DNA of 51,575 bases from assembly GCA_002269645.1 (NCBI GenBank), contig NIVC01003536.1:1-51575 (forward strand). The letters are read 5' to 3'. Shown here piece after piece: positions 13,189 through 23,697 of this stretch (the stretch's first letter is position 1; the number at the start of each line of letters is the position of its first letter). Origin of the DNA: Macrostomum lignano. Its lineage: Eukaryota. The position numbers were made by a program, and so were the translations under genes. The notes under the pieces were generated by a model that saw only the letters and a list, made by a program, of their open reading frames with translations, was not told the DNA's origin and searched no databases.

Positions 13189-13652
13189 TAATGGCTATAT
13201 ATTAGTAGTAGTAGCACTGTGTGTATTGCTTAGCCTAGTCATTTCCTAGTCTGCTCATGCGCATATTATATGCATATTACACACATCAATTGTGCATAAT
13301 ATACATATAATTAATGCATGGGAAACACATTTTGTGTCACTTTATATAAATTTATGCGCATATAGATATACGCAAAATACACAAATAAGTTACACATAAA
13401 ATGTATATTTTATATACACTTTACACAAATAATATCCACATATGTGTATTATTATTCCATTAAATACACAACTAAAAGATAATAATTAAGGCATAGATAT
13501 TGCATGTCAGGCTTTTTTTAATAGATGGAGGCTTGCAAAATGCGCGGTAAATTTCTTATAAGTTGATATTGATATTGGTATTGGTATAAGTTGAAAACTA
13601 ATAATACACTCATAGATATATTTAAATAGATATACATATACAAGAAGCAAAT

Positions 13653-14220
13653 TCATTGTTTTAAATTGATAGTGAACAAAACAATAGAGATATTTAGAAG
13701 TCTACTAACAGGATATAGAAAATTACAATAGACCCCTACTTTAAAGCCTTGCTGTAGACCATGATAGAAGTCTGTGGCAACACCCTGCAGCTTTAGCAGG
13801 CTGGCAAGACATGCTCTATGCATATCCACATATGCTATAATGCCAAGCAAGTCTTCTAAGCAGACAATGATTGGCTTGGAAGCCATGGTAATACAATAAT
13901 AGATAGGAGAGCTAGTCAGACAAATCAACTAGCTTACCAAAGCCAATTGCCGACTAGGATGTCCCCACTTGCCAACAGGCTGAGATGCCAAAATGCTTTG
14001 AGGAGGGCAACCAGAGAAAGACTCTAGACCAGCTAACAAAATTGTAGCAAGGACTGATTATTGACCTACTGATTGAAACTGATTCCTCAATCATGTGTAG
14101 CATGAACCCAATGGTATAAGGGTAAACCCAACTCCCACTTCTCTATCTTATCTCTCTGCTTCTATTGCTGCTTTTGTGTATGAGGGTCATCCTAAAAGTT
14201 CTTTGTATCACTGAATTCCT
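13653..14220 (-). pseudogene. Decayed ORF of unknown function, same frame as the DUF4806-like segment
   Basis: About 190 codons of protein-like sequence (GIQ*YKELLG*PSYTKAAIEAER*...PVGKWGHPSRQLALVS*LICL...CLEDLLGIIAYVDMHRACLASLLK) with several stops and no frameshift. No family recognised. Confidence 0.3.
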
Positions 14221-14469
14221 ATAAACTTCCTAATAAAATAAAAATCTTAAACTCCTATAAACTGGCACCAATTTTAAAGAAACTGCACACAAACTTATAC
14301 TAATATCTGCACATAACATTGAATTTTCATGAAAAAATCTCAATGCAACTAGAAATAATAAGCTGATTTGTCCAACACCTTCAAAGCAAGTGGACAGCTC
14401 TCATATTGACTTCTTAAATAGGCACAGTGCAGCTTGTGTAGCATCATTGACCAGTCATGCAAGCCGGCC

Positions 14470-14820
14470 AGTCAGTCAAGAATAAATAATAGAATTCTCA
14501 TCAAGTTCATTCACTCTTGCTTGTGACACTTGCCTATTCAGTCAGTGATGATTGGAAGGATTGGGAAGGTTGATTAGAAGCCAACTTTGCAATCTGTGCC
14601 TTGCATATTTAGTTCTACTGCTAGGTTATTGGTTAACAATGCATGACCAATATTTAACATAGTTATCTCCAATTGAGATATGCCATGGCATCTCAGAGCA
14701 GCAGTGAACTACTGCTAAAATGTGCTCTCCATGCTCAGTTTCACTTCCAGGGCTTTTAGCTCTTTAATGGTAGCACATGGAAGCTGAACACTATCTGGGA
14801 ATTCAAACAAAACAGATACT
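14470..14820 (-). pseudogene. Decayed DUF4806-like domain fragment (family often transposon-associated)
   Basis: One frame reads VLFEFPDSVQLPCATIKELKALEVKLSMESTF*Q*FTAALRCHG...IGHALLTNNLAVELNMQGTDCKVGF*STFPILPIITD*. This follows the recalled DUF4806 pattern (LP..T..EL..LE..L...LLT..LA...N..G...K..F....II). Several in-frame stops. Recognised by eye, no HMM run. Confidence 0.5.
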
Positions 14821-15795
14821 TTTTGAGATCTAAGTGTAATCTAGATCTGTTCTGGCATCTTCATTATAACTCTGCTATGGGCTCAAGGCTATCCAGTCTT
14901 TCTGTTATTGTCTCATTAATCTTGCACTGATGACTATTTGATTTGTGAACTATTTGGCTATTACCACTGCTAGAGTAGCCTGTTTCCATGTTGTTGCTAG
15001 CAATTAGTTCAGTAACATTGCATTCTACTGGAGCAATTATGCCAGCATTGTGCCTTCTAAGAGTTCAAAGGAAAAGTATACTTCCTAACAACTATACTCA
15101 TATTAAACTCATTGTATATTCCATATAGAATCAGTCTTGCCTAGTCAGACATTAGAATAGGGCATTGCGACAAGTAAATAAGAACATGGTCAAAATATTG
15201 TATTGATCACAAAATGCCTAATATAGTGCATGTATTTCTTTGATACTATTACTGTCATGGGAAATAGACCTTAGAGATTTAGTATATTGTGATTATTCCA
15301 GTAGCCAAGGATTACAAATAAAACATTTGAAGCATTTTAGTTTTAATATTTGATTCCAGTTTAAAAATTAGAACAAAATGTAACAAATTGCAAAAAAATA
15401 GCAGGAAGTCAGACAAGACCTAACTTAACAATAAAATAGAATAATCTGTTTTAATAATGAAATTCAACTTCTTTAATATTGAAACTTGAACTGACTAAAA
15501 TTTTGCACCAATCAATTGCAAAAATTGTGCTATATAGAGGCAAAAAATTGCACCATTGCTGTAAAATTTGCACATTTGTGCCTCATTTGCACCAAGCACA
15601 AATTTGTGCCTCACTGGGACCATTGCTCAAGAATGGAGTTGCCAATGTGATGATCCTTATTGTGCCTTTCTTGAAACAATTTGTCAGTCCTTTTTTCTAT
15701 ACATTTGTCATAAAAAACAACTACATGCCCCTTTAATTAACCTTTTATGCAGCAGTGTTCATACAAATGATTACCTATATGACCCTTACACTGGC

Positions 15796-16640
15796 CAGTG
15801 GTTCTCAACCTATAGGTTGCAACCTCAGAGACCATTTTCTAGGGATTGCAGCACTAAGAATTGTGTGAATACATCATATTTAACAGTAGGAATACTAAGC
15901 CATTTTTCTGCCCGTCAAACTACCAAGAGGGAAGAAGGGATTCCCCTCCAGACAATTTTTTGCTGCACCAGAATGGAGCAACACAGGCACATGAAATTCA
16001 AGAACATGGGCTAACTTTTTGTTGCACACCTTCTCAAACAAGAATCAAGTCACCAGCTCTCCAGACCGTCGAGATATTCAACAATTCTGCCAGGTTAGAT
16101 TTTTCCTATTAGTGCTAGTGTATTCAGTATACCCCTGTGTGCCAATCAGCACTGCACCTGAGTGCAGCCTTGCCAAGTCTCCAAATTTCATCAGCACGTC
16201 AACCACATGTGTCCGCATCAGTTCTGACTTCGATGGTCACTGGCCTTTACCGAGATGGAGCTTCTAGACCCTCAACAGGTGGCACCAGGTGACTATGAAT
16301 AGACTGATACAAATTTCTCAAGTTTCAATGATCAAACCTTGACAGTGGGCAAGCCTCAACTGCTAGGTATCCTCAGCTGGTCTCTCAAGCATTTAGTCTT
16401 CACCCAGACACTGTCAGCACCAAGGTGCACAAGAGAAAGTTAGCCCATGTTCTTGAATTTCGTGTGCCTGCATTGTTCCATTCTGGCGCAGCAAAAAACA
16501 TTGTTAGGGGGGAATCCCCCCCTCTTGGTAGTTCTACTGCTAATAATGCATTATATTGATTTATAGAAAAGGTCACAAACATTGAAAACTGATGCAAATG
16601 AATAAATTAGGGTTGTGTCAAAAAAGGTTGAGAACCATTT
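15796..16640. mobile_element. Degenerate hAT (Charlie-like) non-autonomous element with an internal ~100-bp inverted repeat (15918-16018 / 16436-16533)
   Basis: Left end CAGTGGTTCTCAACCT (15796-15811); right end AGGTTGAGAACCATTT (16625-16640). No intact 8-bp TSD visible. Confidence 0.6.
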
Positions 16641-17724
16641 TTTATACCTTTTTAAGAATGCCCATGCTGGCAAATCAGATATAAATATGGCATTTCCAAC
16701 TCTGAAGCTAATACCATAAATACAAATGGTCCTTTGTTACATAATTGATTGTAGCTCCTCTACTAGAAAATATAGTAGTTTCTCCAAGTTTGTTGTTGCC
16801 ATTCTGACATAAAAAGCTACTAGCATAGGTGAACACAAGAAGCATAAAACTCTTAATAAAACTGTCTAAGCAGTATTTGATCCTGTCATTGCTAGCTGTA
16901 TGTCATCTAGATTGAATTTGAGGAGAGATTTTGCAGTCAATTTCTCTACATAATGTAAAAGGTATATACCTCTTTAAAGTGTTGACAATCCCAAAATATA
17001 GGCATTTCCCAATGTCTTGGTCAATTCTAACATATCTCCCTCTGTTCTAGTTGACCATAGGAGTGTATCAATCTGCTTTGGCAAGAAACAAAGCATGGGC
17101 TATAGAGATGCTCCTGACAAAGAGCAAAGTTTTTTCACTTTGAAGTTTCTAGAGTTATTTTTCTTTTTTGGGCATTCTGAATTAAGATGTCTCAATGGCA
17201 GTAGTTTCTACCATTGTTGGCTATACTTATAAATCTGTGACAGTTTGGCAGAGCTTTAAAATCTTTTTTGTCTGCTCTAATGAGGCATGTACTGACCTTT
17301 GCTAATTTTGGCTAAATAATAAGTTTTTTATTTATATTTGTAGTGATGACTAACATTGGATAACCAATCGTTTTATAGCTATCATCAAAGTCAATAGAAT
17401 CATCAATGATGTCATAGTTGACAATTGTGAATTATTTCTAAACTCAAAGCCATCTAGGCTTCTCAATAAAGAGACTGAATTTACCTGTAGAAAAAAGGAT
17501 TTTATGGTTGCACTGCAATATATTCTTCCCAAGTTGCAGGTTCATGGCATGTTGTAATACAATAATGATACATTTAGTAATGTTTATAATAAACACAGGT
17601 TTAAGACCTATCTTATAAGTAGAGTAAACTATCAACACAGTGAGGGATGTTTATAGCTAAATGAAGGGTTTTACACCTAGAGCAAAGAATTGTCCCTTTA
17701 CAACTAACAAGTCTAGTCATCCAT

Positions 17725-17880
17725 GCGCAACCTTGGAAATCACTTGGCTGTTTCTATTGGCAACACACACACATAAGTCGCTATTGGCTGAGAGCAGTCG
17801 CGTGACTACTATTCCGTCCAATAGTGACTTACATGTGTGTGTTGCCAATAGAAATGGCCAGGTAAATCCCTAGGTTATGC
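17725..17880. repeat. Small inverted repeat / MITE-like hairpin (63-bp arms, 30-bp spacer)
   Basis: 17725-17787 vs reverse complement of 17818-17880: 51 of 63 positions identical. Confidence 0.8.
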
Positions 17881-18333
17881 CCAAGCATGAGTCTAGTAGT
17901 TAGTAGAGTTGCAGTTGATATAGTCTCAGGGTAGCACCAGGCTCCTTTCATTAGCTGCAGTTTTTCTCACTCAGCTGCATGTGCTCTGACTTTGGCACTT
18001 ATATATGTTCATTTCACTTTGGCTTGCTATATTTTATAAAATCAATTTATTGTAGACTTTAAAAAACAAACTTTACTGCTGACTGCAGCACAGTCCCAAA
18101 GACCAGGCTAGAAATGGATGGAGATTTTGAACACTCGCCTGCTCCAGCAGCTCCAAGCTCTGCTAAAGAGGAACCCATTGATAATGTTACCCATGTAAGA
18201 GATTTTATTTTATTAGAATATTTGTAGGCTACATGTAGTATGCGTTAGTTTTCTTATGCATAAATATGTAAAGTAAGAAAATTCATGTCGTTCTTGCACT
18301 GGCTGTGGCCTGCAGAAGCTTGATCAGCTGTCG

Positions 18334-18477
18334 ATGGCGACCTCGCCTAGCAATGGGGGCGGCGGCGACCACCGTGACTCCAACAAATTGGTGACAACTC
18401 AACCGACTGAGAAATCCAACGAGTCTGCGGCTGATCAGCACCAGTCTAAGCCAAGAATGTCTTACCCTGGCAGATCG
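18334..18477 (+). CDS. Putative exon 1 of the RBMS/shep-like gene (MATSPSNGGGG...SYPGRS, 48 codons)
   Basis: ATG at 18334, GTGAGT donor at 18478, phase 0. The link to the RRM exons is inferred from phase compatibility only. Confidence 0.55.
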
Positions 18478-18579
18478 GTGAGTGTGTTCGTGTCTCTAAC
18501 CTTCAATGTGCAGCTCATCTCTCCAACGCACCCCTGAACGCCCTCCCCAGCTTTCTCTAATCCCTGACGTCCACCCCAT

Positions 18580-19100
18580 CTATCAAACCACACACTCCCA
18601 CCCTATCTCTCTCCAACCCCCCATCTCTTTCCAACCCCACACGCCCACCCCATCTCTCTCTCCAACCCCACATGCCCACCCCATCTCTCTCCAACCCCAC
18701 ACCCCCACTCCATCTCCAATCCCACACCCCCACTCCATCTCCAATCCCACACCCCCACTCCATCTCCAATCCCACACGCCCACCCCATATGCCCACCCCA
18801 TCTCTCTCCAACCCCACACCCCCACTCCATCTCCAATCCCACACCCCCACTCCATCTCCAATCCCACACGCCCACCCCATATGCCCACCCCATCTCTCTC
18901 CAACCTCACACCCCCACTCCATCTCCAATCCCACACGCTCACCTCATATGCCCACCCCATCTCTCTCCAACCTCACACCCCACTCCATCTCCAATCCCAC
19001 ACGCTCACCCCATATGCCCACCCCATCTCTCTCCAACCTCACACCCCCACTCCATCTCCAATCCCACACGCTCACCCCATCTCTATCCAACCCCACACGC
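18580..19100. repeat. C/A-rich compound minisatellite filling putative intron 1 (CCCACACCCCCACTCCATCTCCAAT / CCCACCCCATCTCTCTCCAA units)
   Basis: Direct reading. Confidence 0.9.
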
Positions 19101-19136
19101 CAACTATATAAGCAACGCATCATTCTCACCCAACAG

Positions 19137-19463
19137 TCGGATCAATATTCCGTCCGGGGTGGCGGAGGCGGCGGAGCCAGGCCATCAAACAGCTTCCGAG
19201 GTCCTCGCCAGCGGCCGTCGCTGCACCAACCCGGTCAGCAATACCCACAATCGCAGCCGCCTCCTCACTACGCTCCACACATGGCTTTCAATGGCAATGG
19301 CTGGAAGCAGCAGCAGCAGGCTGTTTACTATGGAAACGGCGGCGATCGCTATGCCGGCTATCAGAGGCAGCCGCCTACTCTGCCTGGCCCGCCGCCGCCT
19401 CCGACTGGTCACAATGGCTACGGACCCTTCAGTGGCCACGTCGATGGGACTGTGTCGCAGCAG
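19137..19463 (+). CDS. Putative exon 2 (G/Q/P/Y-rich low-complexity, 109 codons)
   Basis: Acceptor CAACAG at 19136, donor GTGAGC at 19464, phase 0/0, GC-rich coding-like island. Confidence 0.65.
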
Positions 19464-19762
19464 GTGAGCATTTGTGTAAATCAATACCTAAAATTCCATA
19501 AAGCCCCTAGTACATTGATTGATTTATTAGTGTCTGTCATAACTAAATATTCTCATTCTGTCTCCAATTTTTGAAATGTTAGTCACAACAACAAATTGGC
19601 CATCTTATAAAGCTAAAATATTAACAATATCCAGACGCCTGTCTGTATCTGGGGGTGAGTTGTCTCGCGGACTTATGAAGTCAGAGACCATCGTCTGCGA
19701 TTGAATAATTCGTTATTTATTAGACTTTCAGTGCCTCATAAACCTTTCTTCTAGTCAAACTT

Positions 19763-19955
19763 TCTTATGGATCTCGTCAATTTATCTTTGAATCTCATTA
19801 ATCTATCTTGTAGATCTCATCGTTCTATCTTATAGCTCTCATCAATCTTTCTTATGGATCTCGTCAATTTATCTTTGGATCTCATTAATCTATCTTGTAG
19901 ATCTCATCAATCTCATGGATCTCATCAATCTCATGGATCTCATCAATCTCATGAA
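19763..19955. repeat. Short degenerate tandem duplications (GATCTCATCAATCTCATG-type)
   Basis: A ~60-bp segment appears twice (about 19763 and 19851), followed by 18-bp repeats. Confidence 0.7.
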
Positions 19956-20340
19956 TCCAATTTCTCTATCTCATAGGCCTCATGGTTCTTATAGATCTAC
20001 CTCCTTGTCTCATTCTTATTGATATCTTAGTCTTATCTGCTTCAAATTGGAAAGGCTAAAACTTATCTTACTTTCGCTTGCTTTTATATAGGATCTCACT
20101 ATATACTTACTAATCAGTAGTAGTCTGGGTGGAGTTTTTTAGACTTATCAATTTTTTTCTCGCAAAATCTAGGCTTAAGCAAACGTTGATCTGCTGGTTT
20201 TGGTCTAGATTTCATCAGAGATGGCAGTAGCAAACACACTGGTTGCAGAGTTGCACTCGTGCTTGCACCTGGCTTTTATACTCCACTCCTGCAGTCCTGC
20301 ATTAAAATCCCCATTTAATGGTCTTAACTTGGCACCACTT

Positions 20341-22391
20341 CTCCCCTAATGCCATTTCCCAATTCTCCCTTTCCTCCCCTGATGCCATTTCCCAATTCTC
20401 CCTTTCCTCCCCTGATGCCATTTCCCAATTCTCCCTTTCCTTCCTCCCCTGATGCCATTTCCCAATTCTCCCTTTCCTCCCCTGATGCCATTTCCCAATT
20501 CTCCCTTTCCTCCCCTGATGCCATTTCCCAATTCTCCCTTTCCTTCCTCCCCTGATGCCATTTCCCAATTCTCCCTTTCCTCCCTGATGCCATTTCCCAA
20601 TTCTCCCTTTCCTTCCTCCCCTGATGCCATTTCCCAATTCTCCCTTTCCTCCCCTGATGCCATTTCCCAATTCTCCCTTTCCTTCCTCCCCTGATGCCAT
20701 TTCCCAATTCTCTCCTTCCTCCCCTGATGCCATTTCCCAATTCTCCCTTTCCTCCCCTGATGCCATTTCCCAATTCTCCCTTTCCTCCCCTGATGCCATT
20801 TCCCAATTCTCCCTTTCCTTCCTCCCCTGATGCCATTTCCCAATTCTCCCTTTCCTCCCCTGATGCCATTTCCCAATTCTCCCTTTCCTTCCTCCCCTGA
20901 TGCCATTTCCCAATTCTCTCCTTCCTCCCCTGATGCCATTTCCCAATTCTCTCCTTCCTCCCCTGATGCCATTTCCCAATTCTCCCTTTCCTTCCTCCCC
21001 TGATGCCATTTCCCAATTCTCTCTTTCCTCCCCTGATGCCATTTCCCAATTCTCCCTTTCCTTCCTCCCCTGATGCCATTTCCCAATTCTCCCTTTCCTC
21101 CCCTGATGCCATTTCCCAATTCTCCCTTTCCTTCCTCCCCTGATGCCATTTCCCAATTCTCTCCTTCCTCCCCTGATGCCATTTCCCAATTCTCTCCTTC
21201 CTCCCCTGATGCCATTTCCCAATTCTCCCTTTCCTTCCTCCCCTGATGCCATTTCCCAATTCTCCCTTTCCTCCCCTGATGCCATTTCCCAATTCTCTCC
21301 TTCCTCCCCTGATGCCATTTCCCAATTCTCCCTTTCCTTCCTCCCCTGATGCCATTTCCCAATTCTCTCCTTCCTCCCCTGATGCCATTTCCCAATTCTC
21401 TCCTTCCTCCCCTGATGCCATTTCCCAATTCTCCCTTTCCTTCCTCCCCTGATGCCATTTCCCAATTCTCTCTTTCCTCCCCTGATGCCATTTCCCAATT
21501 CTCCCTTTCCTTCCTCCCCTGATGCCATTTCCCAATTCTCCCTTTCCTCCCCTGATGCCATTTCCCAATTCTCCCTTTCCTTCCTCCCCTGATGCCATTT
21601 CCCAATTCTCTCCTTCCTCCCCTGATGCCATTTCCCAATTCTCCCTTTCCTTCCTCCCCTGATGCCATTTCCCAATTCTCTCCTTCCTCCCCTGATGCCA
21701 TTTCCCAATTCTCCCTTTCCTTCCTCCCCTGATGCCATTTCCCAATTCTCCCTTTCCTCCCCTGATGCCATTTCCCAATTCTCTCCTTCCTCCCCTGATG
21801 CCATTTCCCAATTCTCCCTTTCCTTCCTCCCCTGATGCCATTTCCCAATTCTCTCCTTCCTCCCCTGATGCCATTTCCCAATTCTCTCCTTCCTCCCCTG
21901 ATGCCATTTCCCAATTCTCTCCTTCCTCCCCTGATGCCATTTCCCAATTCTCTCTTTCCTCCCCTGATGCCATTTCCCAATTCTCTCCTTCCTCCCCTGA
22001 TGCCATTTCCCAATTCTCCCTTTCCTTCCTCCCCTGATGCCATTTCCCAATTCTCTCTTTCCTCCCCTGATGCCATTTCCCAATTCTCCCTTTCCTTCCT
22101 CCCCTGATGCCATTTCCCAATTCTCCCTTTCCTTCCTCCCCTGATGCCATTTCGCAATTCTCCCTTTCCTTCCTCCCCTGATGCCATTTCCCAATTCTCT
22201 CTTTCCTCCCCTGATGCCATTTCCCAATTCTCCCTTTCCTTCCTCCCCTGATGCCATTTCCCGATTCTCCCTTTCCTCCCCTGATGCCATTTCCCAATTC
22301 TCCCTTTCCTTCCTCCCCTGATGCCATTTCCCATTTCTCCCTTTCCTCCCCTTATGCCATTTCCCAATTCTCTCCTTCCTCCCCTGATGCC
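20341..22391. repeat. Minisatellite, 32/36-bp unit TGATGCCATTTCCCAATTCTCCCTTTCC(TTCC)TCCCC, about 60 copies
   Basis: Direct reading; open in all three minus frames, hence the 660-aa artefact ORFs. Confidence 0.97.
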
Positions 22392-22871
22392 TTTTTTATT
22401 TCCGGTCCCGCTGCCCGCACCAGTCCTGCCCGTCTCCCCATGCCATTACGGGCGGAATCCATGCGATATTTAAGTAGAGTTTTATTTCGTATTACAGTGG
22501 ATTTAATGAATTCAGTCCAGTCGCAATTGAAGCCGGGTGTAATGTCAGGCTCTGCAGGTCAGTCCCGCCCGCAGAATTGCACAATTGGCTTTGCTATTTT
22601 TTAATTACTTATCCACCAGAGCACCGGACAGCCAAAATAATAATAAGCTCAGCTAATTCTCTACAACTCTTTACGCACGGCTTTGCGCTTCTATACAAAC
22701 TATGCAAGTTTTTCTTTGCGTCTGCTGCTTTTTTATTGAGAGCAGTTTTTAATATTCTGCTGTTTGATAGCTGGCAGGGCCTCTGATGCGTTGGAAATAA
22801 TGCTAGACTGGCTTCTGCATTGGATTTTTTAAAGTAGTATATTTGCCGCTTCAGTTTGATGGGGAGAATGC

Positions 22872-23695
22872 TTGAGACAGAATGGTAGGAAGATAGGGAG
22901 ACAGAATGGTAGGAAGATAGGGAGACAGAATGGTAGGAAGATAGGGAGACAGAATGGTAGGAAGATAGGGAGACAGATAGGTAGGGAGGTACGAGCGTAG
23001 GTAGAGAGATAGTGAGGTAAGGTACTCGTAGGTATGAAGATAGGTATGTAGGAAGGTAGGTAGGAAGGTAGGTTAGGCATTGCAAACTGCAAAGTCTGTA
23101 GGCATTGCAAACACGTACGTAGATAGGCATACAGACCCGTAGGTAGGTAGACCTACAGACCCGTAGGTAGGTAGACATACAGACACGTAGGTAGGTAGAA
23201 ATACAGACACGTAGGTAGGTAGACATACAGACACGTAGGTAGGTAGAAATACAGACCCGTAGGTAGGTAGACATACAGACACGTAGGTAGGTAGAAATAC
23301 AGACACGTAGGTAGGTAGACATACAGACACGTAGGTTAATAGATAGGTAGACATACAAACCCGTAGGTAGGTAGACATACAGACACGTAGGTAGGTAGAC
23401 ATACAGACACGTAGGTAGGTAGACATACAGACCCGTAGGTAGGTAGACATACAGACACGTAGGTAGGTAGAAATACAGACACGTAGGTAGGTAGACATAC
23501 AGACACGTAGGTTAATAGATAGGTAGACATACAAACCCGTAGGTAGGTAGACATACAGACACGTAGGTAGGTAGACATACAGACACGTAGGTAGGTAGAC
23601 ATACAGACCCGTAGGTAGGTAGACATACAGACCCGTAGGTAGGTAGACATACAGACACGTAGGTTGATAGGTAGGTAGACATACAGACACGTAGA
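22872..23695. repeat. Two adjacent 24-bp minisatellites (GAGACAGAATGGTAGGAAGATAGG; GTAGGTAGGTAGACATACAGACAC)
   Basis: Direct reading. Confidence 0.92.
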
Positions 23696-23697
23696 CA

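Noticed and set aside
13653-14820. Fungal RIP-like CpA hypermutation inferred from stop codons
   Set aside because: Every stop codon starts with T, so all are trivially C-to-T derivable. Direct arm-vs-arm comparisons are dominated by CpG changes, with only a few CpA cases. Needs an intact homolog to test.
20302-22367. Three ~660-aa minus-strand ORFs
   Set aside because: All three frames are open because the 32/36-bp unit lacks stops, and the peptides permute between frames; intronic minisatellite.
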